A DNA stretch of 64,000 nt from Eledone cirrhosa. Taxonomy: Eukaryota. A program made the translations under genes and the position numbers. The notes under the pieces are model-generated. The model did not search any database. It had not been told where the DNA came from and saw only the letters and a program-made list of their open reading frames with translations. Location of the stretch: positions 48,050,001 to 48,114,000 of the forward strand of contig OZ024743.1 in assembly GCA_964016885.1 (NCBI GenBank), written 5' to 3'. Position 1 is the stretch's first letter. Each line of letters begins with the position of its first letter. Of the stretch, positions 50,703-62,598 are shown piece after piece.

Positions 50703-50782
50703 GAGGAGAGAATGAAGAAAAGAAAGGAGGAGGAGGATATCATCAACTGGAATCAGGTTTATATAAAAGAATAAGTTCTTAC

Positions 50783-50969
50783 ATCCTCAATGAAATATCG
50801 AAGAGTGGCGTCAGCAATGGCAAGGCCGTCATGGGTGCTGGTGCCACGACCAAGTTCGTCCAAGATGACTAGAGATTTGTTTGTGGCATAATGCATTATT
50901 TCTGATGCTTCTTGCAGCTCCACCATAAATGTACTGCGGCCATGGTAGATATCATCAGCAGCACCCATT
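50783..50969 (-). CDS. MSH3: MSH3 coding exon (187 nt), Walker B
   Basis: cttag acceptor, GTAAGA donor. [24 protein letters not shown]...[21 protein letters not shown]. Confidence 0.98.
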
Positions 50970-51828
50970 CTAAGATAGTAAGGAGAGAGAGAATTGTATT
51001 ATTATTCAAATTTGTTAAACAGTTTTATGTCCTCACCTCCATCAATAACTTTTGTCTTCAGATTAATATAAGGGAAATAACTTGGGATGAAAAATTTGCT
51101 GGATTACAGTTTTTTTACCTTTTGAGTTTTACACTTTAACTTTTTTATTCCCATTTTCTCATAAACCACCATATTTATTATTGGGCTTGATGTTTATAAC
51201 ATTTAGAATAAGGAGTAGGTAGGAATTTTATACGGGGCACATAATGAAAAACATGGGTACACAAAGTTTAGTAGAATTGTAAGTAGACTAACAGAAAATG
51301 AAGGGTGTACATGGGAGGTGCACAAGGGTAGTTAGTGGTAAGAGTTCCAGTGAAATAAACTTCCTCCAATTACAGAAAGACTCCACAGAAGTAGTTAATA
51401 GCTTCTGTTACTCAGGTGACCTAATTAATAGTGGAACAGGTTGCTCTGAAAGTATGCATGATCCCATAACTCCCAAGGAAGTTGTAGGGGTGGCGTTTCT
51501 AGGGCATTTTTTAAAACCTGGCATCTATCTTCTATGCTTGCATGAGTTAACAGGTTGTCACGTTCAGAAGCTAGACAGGTCAGATGACACTGTCTCACTC
51601 TCATGTTACATTCTGGCATGGTTTCTATGACTGGTTGCTCTTCCAAACACCAACCACTTCATGGTGCATACTGGGTGCATTTTATGGCATTCCCATTACC
51701 ACATGAGAGTGCAGGCTGGGTGCTTATCCTGGCATCAACACTTTCCTCCTACTCTTATGTCGTGGAAAAATGGACATAAAAAGAGGATGAGAAGAAGGAT
51801 CTCCTACACAAATAAGCAGCATTCTTAC

Positions 51829-51986
51829 CGAGTATAGATACCATCAAATATTCCAAGTCTTGCCGATTTAGCTGGTACGTATGATCCTATCTGAGCCATG
51901 AGGACAATCAAGGCCACTTGTCGAATGTAGGAACTTTTACCACCCATATTTGGGCCAGTTATCATCATAACTCCATCATTTTCAGC
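51829..51986 (-). CDS. MSH3: MSH3 coding exon (158 nt), Walker A
   Basis: ttcag acceptor, GTAAG donor. [31 protein letters not shown]...IFDGIYTR; GKSSY is characteristic of MSH3. Confidence 0.98.
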
Positions 51987-52500
51987 CTGAACAAACAAAA
52001 TATAATGAATTAGTAATTTACTGCTTAAGATTATAAAATAAATTATATTAGGCCTTATGTACAACAATTTGGGAGAGAAAAATAACAATAGGCCCTATGT
52101 TTTTAATTTCTCAGTCTGAGGACTATAGTGTAGTGCCCATAATCCTTTCCAAGCTCGCCGAGATTGGTGGGGTGAAGTTATTTTCCCTACAACAGACAAG
52201 AAGTCTATCAACAACTACATCACCACCACTGCCAACAACAGAAATAACAAGTCAGTCGTGCAACAGATCCTATGTTGGCATTCAACATCTTCAACATCAG
52301 ACTAATGTCCTTCAACAGTCTACCATCTTATTTCCAGTCATAGATTCATTATCACCATTATCATTATCTTGATAATAGATGGAAGGATAGATAGATAGAC
52401 AGATAGATAGATGGATATATAGATAGACCCTTGCAAGCAGGGAAAAAGCAGACGTAAAATGAAATGAAATGAATGGATGGATAGATAGATACATAGGAAA

Positions 52501-52608
52501 GACTGGCCAGTCTGCTGATATGCAAATCTGGCTGATCAGTGGATCTGCTAATATGCAGAGCTGACGGATTGGCCAGTCTGCTAATATGCAAATCAGGCTG
52601 ATCAGTCA
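52501..52608. repeat. 33-bp-period repeat (about 3 units) containing octamer motifs
   Basis: TCTGCT(G/A)ATATGCA recurs at 33-nt spacing; ATGCAAAT at 52520 and 52586. Confidence 0.8.
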
Positions 52609-52937
52609 CTGTATATTTTAGAAAATAGCATATATTTCACTAGCTCTGACAGTTGGTAGGGGAACAGTGAGCTGTACTGATGAAGGGTGATACCCAGAAA
52701 CATTAGTGTCTGCAGTTCTGTTTACTTGCCAACACAGGAGCAAGAATGAAGGGTTCATTCTACTGACTTGGCTTTAAAAATGACGCTTGTTTGCATAATG
52801 CAAACGAATTGAATGTTATTATTAATATTAAAAAAACTCAGATTACATTCATAGATGAATAGATATGAGCTAATTGTTCTCAAATACAAAACTTAGTCAA
52901 AACAAGAAAATAAAAGAAGACAATATCTACAACATAC

Positions 52938-53052
52938 ATTTAATTTGGTGTCATTTGCAACATACTGCTGTTGTTCACTTAGTAATAAGTTCACTATTGG
53001 GTTACATCCCTCTTCTATCATGATACAGTTTTCATCTTCAACAATCTGGGGC
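52938..53052 (-). CDS. MSH3: MSH3 coding exon (115 nt), start of ATPase domain
   Basis: ttccag acceptor, GTATGT donor. PQIVEDENCIMIEEGCNPIVNLLLSEQQQYVANDTKLN. Confidence 0.94.
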
Positions 53053-55065
53053 CTGGAAATTAGAGGGGTTAAATATTTTATTAAAAGGATAATGGAGAGA
53101 CATGTAAAGGTCATTAAACTGATACATAATTCTGAAGGATGAAGAAAGGTTATTTATATCACAACGGTTCTGAAATGGTAGAAGTGGTAGACAGACAAAA
53201 TGTTATAGCATTTGTTCTGGCTCTTTATGTTCTTTATTCAAACTCCACAGAGGTTACTTTTGTCTTTCACCTTTCTATGGTTGGTATAATAAAGTACCAG
53301 TAAAGTACTGGGGTAATAGAGGTACCCCTTCCTACAAATTACTAACCTTGTGCCTAAATTAGAAATCATTTTATACTACAATTGATGTAGACACATGGCC
53401 TAGTGGTTAGAGGTTTGGGATTAAAACCATAAGGTTATGATTTGAATTCTCAGATTAGGTAGCTCTTTGTATCCTTGAGCAAGACACTTCCTTTCATATC
53501 GCTCCAGTCCACCCAACTAAAGATGAGTACCAGTAGCTGGAGGTGAGTGGACAGGACTATTGTTTGTTTTGTATTCTCAGTCACTTAATGCTGCAGCAAA
53601 CGAGAATAAGCTTTCACCTTCATGTAACCCATGCAGGCATAGAAAAACATGTAAAAACAATTAGGAATATATTATTACATATTAATCCTATACCTTATCC
53701 ACTAAGTTATTTTGTCTCTACAAAAACAGATGTAACAATGAGATTGTGGTTGTTCTTCCCCTGTAAGGTAGGTAGTGCTAGTGCCATGAAAAATGTTCTC
53801 AGTACATGCTGTAAAGTGGGTGGCATTAGGAAGGGTGTCTACCCATAGAAATAAAGCCCAAATCGAACACGAGCAAGACATGGTTACCTGACTTGCCTAG
53901 CTGCACAACATGACAACCTATCTAAACAATGCAAGCATAGAAAACAAACATTAAACGGTGATGATGATGATAAAGGGTACAGAAAACACATTAGTTTTCA
54001 TGATGCCATCACTGTTACTACCATTGACACTACTATCAAAACAACAACAAAAACTGGTGGAAAGGAGGAAAAAAAAGTAAACCACAAACCAGAGACCTAG
54101 ACTGCTTGCAACAAAGTAGACTCTGCTAAAAGGTCCAGTGGTGATGTTAAGCCAGGCAACAAAGTGGACCCTGCCTAAATAGGCTACAGTGGAAATTGAA
54201 CTCAAAACACAAAGAGCTGTAATAAATATTGCAAGGTATCTTATCCAATGCTCTAACAATTTCACCAATTCATCACACTAGACTGGAACTTTATTTTAAC
54301 AACTCCAAAAGGATGAAAGACGAAGCTGACCTTAGTAGGATTTGGACTCAGAATGAATTAAGTTGGAACAAATATTGCGAAGCAAATTTGTCTCATGCTG
54401 TAACAACTGCCAGTTTAACACGTACATACAGTCCAATCTAAGCTAGCAGGGAAAATGGACATATGATGATGATGATGATAATGCTGAAGAAGAAGAAAAC
54501 AACTTCAACAGCAACACCAACTACACAGAATACACAGAAACTTCAGATAATCAAGTTCATGTTTTTGTTTAAGCCTCTTGATACTAACTTGACTGGAACT
54601 GGCTCTGGTTCTATCAAACAAAACCACCCATTTTAAAGGGTTTCTACTTTATATCTTCCAACATAATCTAATAAAAGAACCATATGTTAAGTTATTATTT
54701 TAGTAATGAAATAATAAATAATTTTATTAAATCCCTGAAAAATTCTTCATTAATTAATTGATGATAAATATGGTCACAAAACGGTTAACCTGAAGTCAGT
54801 CCTGACAGAAAGATATTGCAGCCATGACCATTCCATCTTATCTTAAGACACATTGTATAGTATTTATATACCTAATGAATGTCCTTCCAATGATTCTTAA
54901 GACAGTAACATTTGGCTGCTATTTCTAACAGGTTATGATTGCAGAGGCCCCCTCGGCTCAATAAAAGAGAATGTAGTATTGTTTAGGATTACGGTTGGGG
55001 TAGATCATGAGAGGAACCAGAATACAAGATGAGGGTGAGTGCTAATAAATATAAAGATGACTTAC

Positions 55066-55173
55066 CTCACATAATCACCATGTTTAGCTACTTTAGCCAG
55101 GGAGATGAGACAGTCAAATACAGCAAGATGTAACACAGCCTTGCGATAGTTCTCATATTTTTCTTGGAAAGAA
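55066..55173 (-). CDS. MSH3: MSH3 coding exon (108 nt)
   Basis: atcag acceptor, GTAAG donor. SFQEKYENYRKAVLHLAVFDCLISLAKVAKHGDYVR. Confidence 0.96.
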
Positions 55174-55184
55174 CTGATTTAAGA

Positions 55185-55815
55185 TAATAATAATAATAAT
55201 AATTTCGTTATGAACCATAAAGGGTTTACAAAAAAATATATTAAGGACAGCACAGGACGGTACAAATGTGGGTTTCTGCATGTAAAACAAAACGAAACAA
55301 AAACTAAAGATGTAACAAAAAAATAGAAACACAGGAAAAATCCCGAAGGGGGGGGGGGGGGGGGGGGGGGGAGAGACCATCGCAGGTTGCTTGTGGAGAA
55401 AGCCCACAAAAGCCACAATCAACCCGACCACTAGGGCAAGTGCCCTCTCCCAGTTTTCCACCTACAATATTACAGGCACACGCTCAGAGCAGGCCCATTC
55501 TTGCCTCTTGGAAGGCAGCACTTCTCTCTCGACCCTGATAGCCTGAAAAAGTTAATGAGAGTGTCACCGAAGAGGAACGTGCCTGTCTTCAACCCTTTCA
55601 GATGTGTCCACCATATGACCTCTTTCGCCATGGCCACCAGGCAGATAAAAACTGCCAGCCCTTCCTGGTTAAAGGAGGGCAGTGGAGCAATCTTCATGAT
55701 GGACTCAGCTGATAGCAGGATCCTCCCTACACACAACACCAGATGTTCTACATAAACCCACAAGTCAGCAATGCTCGGACTCGAGCTGCAATTGTCTAAT
55801 CCCACATGTATCTCA
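55185..55815 (-). mobile_element. Tx1-like LINE 3' fragment with (TTA)n tail in MSH3 intron
   Basis: ADLWVYVEHL...SAESIMKIAP...LVAMAKEVIWW; homologous to 2200-2450; C24 run in the 3'UTR. Confidence 0.7.
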
Positions 55816-55831
55816 TAAACTATGGGAGAAA

Positions 55832-55877
<46 letters not shown>

Positions 55878-55922
55878 AATTATTTTCACAAAAATCTTCA
55901 GACATAATTCATAAAAACTCAC

Positions 55923-56039
55923 TCAAGAAATTCAATCCAAGAATCATGACAAACAATCTCAAGTTCTTCTCTGTATTGACTTAAAATTCTACATTTTTTC
56001 TGAATGAATGGTGAATGGAAACGAGAAACAGCTTTGGTA
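55923..56039 (-). CDS. MSH3: MSH3 coding exon (117 nt)
   Basis: ttccag acceptor, GTGAGT donor. [38 protein letters not shown]; [11 protein letters not shown] is typical of MSH3. Confidence 0.96.
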
Positions 56040-56089
56040 CTGGAAAAGGGAAAAAAAATACAATACAAGTATTAGTAGTAGTAGTAGTA

Positions 56090-56660
56090 GTAATGGTTTC
56101 TAATTTAGGCACAAGGTTAGCAATTTGTTTTGGTGGAGGAGGGTGACTCCATTAAATTTCCTCCATGGTACTATATTTTAATCAACCCTAGAAGGATGAA
56201 ATAATAATAATTCTTTCTAACATTGGCACAAGGCCAGTAATTTGTAGGAAGCGAAAATTGATTTTATTGACCCCAGAAAGATGAAAAGCAAAGTTGACTT
56301 CGGCAGGATTTGAACTCAGAAAGCAAAAGGTTGTAACTAAATGCCATAAAGAATTTTGTCTGGCGCTTTATCAATACTGCCAACCCTCCTCCCACTTTTT
56401 ATAATAATTGTTTCTACTTTAGGCACAAGGCCAGCAATTTGGGGAAGGGGAAAGTTGAGTATATTGATCAGCTATACTTAACCAGTATTTTATGGACCTT
56501 TGAAGGATGAGAGACAAAGTTGACCTCCGCTAGATTTGAAATGAGACGGAACAACGCTTATAATTTAGGGGAAGGAAAAGTCAATTAAATCAACTCCAGT
56601 ACTTGACTGGTCCTTTATTTCATTAAGCTCAGGAGGATGAAAGGTAAAGTTGAACTCAGA
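56090..56660 (-). mobile_element. cluster of about 4 tandem SINE family A relics
   Basis: Repeated GGCACAAGGCCAGCAAT / GATGAAAGGCAAAGTTGAC modules. Confidence 0.75.
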
Positions 56661-57109
56661 ATGAAATGATTGTACGATAATAGTAATAATTCCTGTGGGT
56701 AGCCAACTCTGTGCCGAGGGAAGTGGCCCTAGGACCAAGGACACCAGAAGTCTCCACTGCAGGTGTGAGCCTCGTGAGCTGGAATGCTTACATGTCCACT
56801 TTACAGTGTGGGCTGGGTGCTTTTTTGCCGTGGCACCTCCACGACCACTTTGCAGTGGGAGGGTATGGGGGCATATTGTCTATATGCTTCAGCTTTGGCT
56901 TGTACCCATGGGAGGTCAGGTACTCTGTATTACTGCGTGACGCCTGAGGTCACGGTCGTGTATCATCGCCCTATATATATATATATACACATACACACGC
57001 AAGGTATCCCCCAAAAATGTATACATACTTCAACAGCATTCTAATAACTATTGCCTGTACAGGTAATGAAACTATGTATACATTTTGGGGGGACATCCTG
57101 CATATATAT

Positions 57110-57451
57110 AAAGAAACTGGGTATAGGAGGGATAAGTTGTGGTGTGCAGGAGAGAAGGCTGAGATGGTATGGACATGTGATGCGCAGGAGAGAAGGTTGA
57201 GATGGCATGGACATGTGATGCGCATGGAGAATGACCGCTAGGTAAAAAAGTGGCAAGAAATACCAGTAGAAGGAAGACGCAGTAGAGGTAGGCCACGTAA
57301 AACATGGGCGGAGGTGGTGAGAGCAGACCTCAGATTGCTGAAACTCACCAAGGAGATGACGAAGGACTGTGATAAGTGGAGAGATGTTGTGCTGAATAGG
57401 ACCCGTCCAACCCTTGCAAGCAGGGAAAAGCGGACGTAAAATGATGATGAT
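57110..57451 (+). mobile_element. RTE LINE 3' end (probable partner of SINE family B)
   Basis: QERRLRWHGHVMRM...VEGRRSRGRPRKTW...; the tail is essentially identical to the SINE B tail. Confidence 0.85.
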
Positions 57452-57567
57452 ATATATAACAGTGGAATGCAATAAGCATCCATCACCTAAAATTTTATTT
57501 TATTTAGAACTTTTAAAAGAAAATTAAATAAACCAAGGAGATTATCTGTGAATAAATGGCAACGTAC

Positions 57568-57632
57568 CTGCTAACCTTAATCCATTCTGATGGAACACTG
57601 TTCAACATATTGTTCTTAACTTCTATTTGGAA
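57568..57632 (-). CDS. MSH3: MSH3 coding exon (65 nt)
   Basis: ttcag acceptor, GTACGT donor. FQIEVKNNMLNSVPSEWIKVSS (clamp domain 'IE+KN....+P.+W+KV'). Confidence 0.95.
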
Positions 57633-57956
57633 CTGAAAAAATTAAATAACAGAAATAATTTAGACTTTCACCCTAAATCTGATCAATTTCATAATAACAG
57701 AGGAAACTGAAGTTACATAAAAGTCATTAATGTACCACAAGTGCAAGAAGGACTTATTTCCAAGCCAAGCTTTGTAGGTCTCCTTCTTTGCTCAAATGGC
57801 ATCTTTGACCCCTTGATTGAACTAGGGGAGCGGGGATACGATTTGCTAAATCCATGAATGTGGTGCCCCAGCATGGCCTCAGTCCAATGACTTAAACCAG
57901 TAAAAAATGAATAAATAAATAAAGACAATTTATATATGAAATACAGTTCTACTGAC

Positions 57957-58125
57957 CTCAATACCAGAAACAGTAGAATAGTTAAAAGAAGGAACCCTCA
58001 AATTTTTTCTAATAGTACTGCGATGTTGGTCAATTTCATCTAACACTTCCTGAATCTTTGACTTTTGGTTTTTGATGGCAGGATACTGGGAATCATCAAC
58101 AAATAGCTTGGTTTTGTCATTGGAT
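57957..58125 (-). CDS. MSH3: MSH3 coding exon (169 nt)
   Basis: tttcag acceptor, GTCAGT donor. SNDKTKLFVDDSQYPAIKNQKSKIQEVLDEIDQHRSTIRKNLRVPSFNYSTVSGIE resembles vertebrate MSH3 'DKTELF...YVTVSGQE'. Confidence 0.95.
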
Positions 58126-58554
58126 CTGAAAGGAAAAAGCCAAATACCTATTAAATATGGCTGGTGTTAGAAAGGGCATCCAGCTGTAAAAAAACCCAGC
58201 TAAAATAGTTTCATTTCAGCAAGGTACAGCAAGGCCAACTGGCCAGACTTGTCTCATAATGTGAACAATCCATCTAACCCATGAAAGCCTAGAAAAATAA
58301 GACGTTAAACGATGATGATGATGATGATGATTCAGTTTTTGTTTCAGTCTTTTACTTTCTGATTTCAAATCCTGCAGAGGTCAACTTTGCCTTTCATCCT
58401 TCTGAGGCTGATAAAATAAAGTACCAGTCAAGAACTGGAGTCGATATAATTAATTTTCTATTCCCCCACATTGCTGGCCTTGTGCCTAAATTAGAAATCA
58501 TTATTCCAGCTCTTTCCATCTTGATGAGGTTGTTAAAATAAAGTACCAGTCAAG

Positions 58555-58742
58555 TTAACCCTTTTGATACTAAACTGCCCTAGTTTTATGATACAATGCT
58601 GTTTATTTTAATGTATTTATATTTATTTAAAAACCTTGCATAATTTTATGTAAAAACTGTTAAGTTATGTTCCAAATTTTCCAAATTATTTGAAAATCAT
58701 AAGCAGTGTCTTTCATTAGAAATATGGTAATGGAAGGTTTAA
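58555..58742. mobile_element. piggyBac-type MITE family 2
   Basis: TTAACCCTTTTGATAC...GGTAATGGAAGGTTTAA. Confidence 0.6.
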
Positions 58743-58876
58743 AAGTAAAGGTCTATCATCCAAGTGTTCTTAGTAAAAACCTCTCTAATGCATATAGCTT
58801 ACTAAGCAAACCAGTGTGGCTGGTTCTGGCAACTGTTAGTAGTTTATATGTTGACTAATGTAAAGAGACTACTTAC

Positions 58877-59064
58877 TTGGCATGTTGCAGACTGAGTGAA
58901 TCACTAAAGAATGCAACAGCAGATAGTAAATCAGGAATCTCTTCAAGAATTGTCTGTAGCAATGGAGAAACAACCTGGTCAGCAAACATATTCTTTTGAA
59001 TGTGGAATACATCAGCTATATTCTTCAATGAACGACAAACTGTTACAAATTCCAATGGTGAGCA
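58877..59064 (-). CDS. MSH3: MSH3 coding exon (188 nt)
   Basis: ttctag acceptor, GTAAGT donor. CSPLEFVTVCRSLKNIADVF...SLQHAK, frame-compatible with both neighbours. Confidence 0.92.
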
Positions 59065-60149
59065 CTAGAACAGAAAGAAGATTTATATATATATCATTCT
59101 CTACCATATTGCATGCCATTTAAAAATTTTTTTAAATTTTAAGCACTTTTAACATGCTGTATGAAATATGCTTGATTTATTTATTATATAACTCTTACCT
59201 GATGCATGCCTTTATTAATTTTATTAATTTTTGCATTATATACCTTTAACGTTACCTGCTTTTCAATGCTATGATATCCTTTATCTATCTTATCTTACAT
59301 CTTTTTTGCTCGTATCTTTTGCACATATATTATCTTAAAGAATATCTTTATATATAATATGCTCAATATTTCACTTTTCACCATTGCTCCTTATACTGAG
59401 TTATCTGTAGCATAACATCCTTCTGTAACTCCTGCTTTTCTATATGATGTCAATGACACTGGCAATAGTTATGTATCTATATAAATGTTCTGAAAACTAG
59501 GATTTTAATTACCTGTTTAAACATTCTCTATGCTCCGATGATTCCAGACATTCGTCTGGAAGAAACAATTGTCAGCAATTAAATGTACTAAACTAAGATT
59601 TGATTGTTTTATATTTTGTATATATATATCATCATTATTTTACATCTGCTTTTCCATGCTTGAATGGGTTGGATGTGTCTTTGCCAGCATATCATCCCTC
59701 CACTCATTGCAGTCCTTCATCATTTCCACTGCGAGTTTCAGTGATTTGAGATCAGCTCCCAAAACCTCTGCCCATGTATTTCTTGGAGTTCTAAGTGGAG
59801 AACTGTGATAGAAAAAAAACCTGTCCAACCCATGGAAACATGGAAAAACAGATGCAAAAAGGATGATAATGATGATGATTTTATATGAGCTTATATGTAT
59901 AGGTATATAAATACACCTCATGTTCTAAACATGGGGAGTGGAAAAACTTAGATCAACCAAGACTAGATGAAACTAAGTTTCTCCCAGTCCCAGTTGAAAT
60001 AGACAGTTCTAATGAAGCCAACTTGCTGTGTGAATATACTTTGCTAAGGTGATCTAACAAAATCTAAATATATTTGTTGCTTTCACCAAAGAACATATGA
60101 AAGAGAGAGAGAGAGAGCGAGATGATACAGAACAACTCAGTGTGGTTAC

Positions 60150-60282
60150 CTTTTTATGAAGTATTGCAGTAAGGCCCTTTTCAAGATCAGCCAACTTAAA
60201 AAGACATTTTTTCATGCTATCAAAACATTCACATTGGTTAGACAGAAGTTCTTCTACAGCAAGCTGGCGTTCATCAATGTCC
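60150..60282 (-). CDS. MSH3: MSH3 coding exon (first found in window; 133 nt)
   Basis: ttccag acceptor, GTAAC donor. Translates DIDERQLAVEELLSNQCECFDSMKKCLFKLADLEKGLTAILHKK, the MutS domain III 'I..R..AV.E...D+E+GL' pattern. Ends in phase 0, matching the next exon. Confidence 0.93.
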
Positions 60283-60534
60283 CTGGAAAAAAATATCAGA
60301 TTTGGAGCAATTTTTCTTTTAGAAATATTTTACAACCACGTGATCCCAGGTTCAACCTCACTTTGTGACAAGTTGGACAATTGCCCTTTACTATAGGCTC
60401 AGATTCACCAACACCTTATAAGTTAAATTTAGTAGACATAAACTGTGTAGATGCTCGATACACACACACACATATATATATACACGATGAACGATGATGA
60501 TATAAATATATATATATATATACACACATATACT

Positions 60535-61243
60535 CATAGATGCTCCGTTGGATGTGTAATAGTAATATATGCGAACAGCAAAACATAAATGAACTAACTG
60601 AGAAATTAGGAATAAGAGGGATCAGATGCTGTTTACTCGAGAGAAGACTACGTTGGTATGGTCATGTGATGCGCATGAAAGACGACAGCTGTATAAAAAA
60701 GTGCAGGGCGATCAAAATTGATAGTAGTTACGGAGTAGGTAGACCCAGAAAAACCTGGGACGATCTGATAAATTCCGACCTTACACCTCTCTAAGACAAT
60801 GTCACTGGATCGAGATCTTTGGCGCTACGCAGTAATACAGAAGACCCGCCTTGCCTATGTACAAAGCGAAACCTAGTCAGTAGGCCCCTCTTAACCAAAT
60901 ATACACCCCAACCCACTAACCCTACTCCATCCTCCCATTCCCACCAATACCACCCTCTCTCTGTAAAGTTATGTTGGTACCACAACATCCAGTCCTAAAT
61001 AAATGGTCATATAGATGTCATGACAAAAAAACACAGTCCACGCTGTAATGTGGCTGTGTAGGTAACACGGTAAAAAGCTCCCAGTCCACACTGTAAATGT
61101 GGTTGGTGTTAGGAAGGGCGTCCAGCTGTAGAAAACCTGTCAGATAGCGAAACACGGTCAGCCGACTAACCTTGCCTCAAGTGGGACAACACCCGTCTAA
61201 CCCATGCTAGTGTGGAAGATGGACGTTAAACGATGATGATGAC
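60535..61243 (+). mobile_element. RTE LINE 3' fragment with long 3'UTR
   Basis: MLRWMCN...ERRLRWYGHVMRMKDD...GRPRKTWDD; (GAT)n tail. Confidence 0.88.
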
Positions 61244-61569
61244 ACACACATACACATATACATATATATATATTTATGTCTAGGTGTGTGTCTATGTTTA
61301 TATTTATGTTGACACTGCTTAATAACCAGTGCTGTTTATTTCTGTACTGAAACTTAACAACTTAAGTCAATAATATATGTAGCAGACTTAATAAATACTA
61401 GGTTCAATATGGTCAACTAAAACTCCTCCAGCCACTGTCCAACGTGGCCTTGTTTCAATGATTAAAACCAGTAAAAGAACTTTACCAGTCAAATGCTGAT
61501 GGTAATTTGCTTTCGTTTAACCCTCATTTACTAGATAAGACTACCTGCATCAGTTATTAACTGTCAAGA

Positions 61570-61783
61570 TACTGCACCCTTCAAAACTTCCATGCTTCCT
61601 GAAATTCACCAATACTACACCTGATATTCCTCCTCCATACACATATATGTATGTGTCTGTGTGTAAATCATGACTCATACACTGTTCACTTTCCTGACAT
61701 TTGTACATTATTCTATGTAATATACATGCACTTTTGATTAGTTGTAGTGCACCTCAGCACAGTACACAATAATTTTCATTATT
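61570..61783 (+). mobile_element. CR1-group LINE 3' end
   Basis: Reverse complement of 40840-41030. Confidence 0.8.
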
Positions 61784-62226
61784 AAGACTAACAGAAAAAC
61801 CACCCTTCTGGTGGTTTTCTGCTAGCATGTGTAGTGTGTATATTGATATTATACGCAAGTATGTAGATATGATACATCAAATAAAATCGTAATTGACAAT
61901 ATAAACAGAAATTGAATGAAGACGTTGTTACACTGTCTTATGTAATCAGTAACGTAATCCACGATATTATATATAAACTGCATTAGGAGAAAATTAGTCA
62001 CAGAAAATTAGTATGTTTATTTAAGTGATCGCCACCGGAAGTGTTGACATCACACACTCTCTCTTTCTATATATATGGTAGTTGAAGTGGTGGTGGTGGT
62101 GACGATATACCGGAAGTGCAACTTTGAAAAGAAGTCAATTTTAAATTATTTATTTTTACGAAATTATTTTTGTTTACAAAATTTAGCACATAAATTATGT
62201 AATATTCATTCATTATTTATTCTGGC

Positions 62227-62598
62227 AGTGGATTGGCAGTATCGGTAGAGGGTCGGACGCCATGCTTTCCAGCATAGTTACGTCCCTTTATGATCTGAGT
62301 TCAAATCCCGCCGAGGTTGACTTTGCCTTTCATCCTTACGGGGTCGATAAAATAAAGTACCAGTAATGCACTGGGTAATTTGCTGGCCTTGTGCCTAAAG
62401 TAGAAACAATTATTTATTCTGGCAGTATCGGTAGAGGGTCGGACGCCATGCTTTCCAGCATAGTTACGTCCCTTTACGATCTGAGTTCAAATCCCGCCAA
62501 GGTTGACTTTGCTTTTCATCCTTACGGGGTCGATAAAATAAAGTACCAGTAATGCACTGGGTAATTGCTGGCCTTGTGCCTAAAGTAGAAACAATTAT
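62227..62598 (+). mobile_element. two near-identical tandem SINE family A copies
   Basis: 62227-62413 and 62420-62598, separated and flanked by TATTTATTC. Confidence 0.9.
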
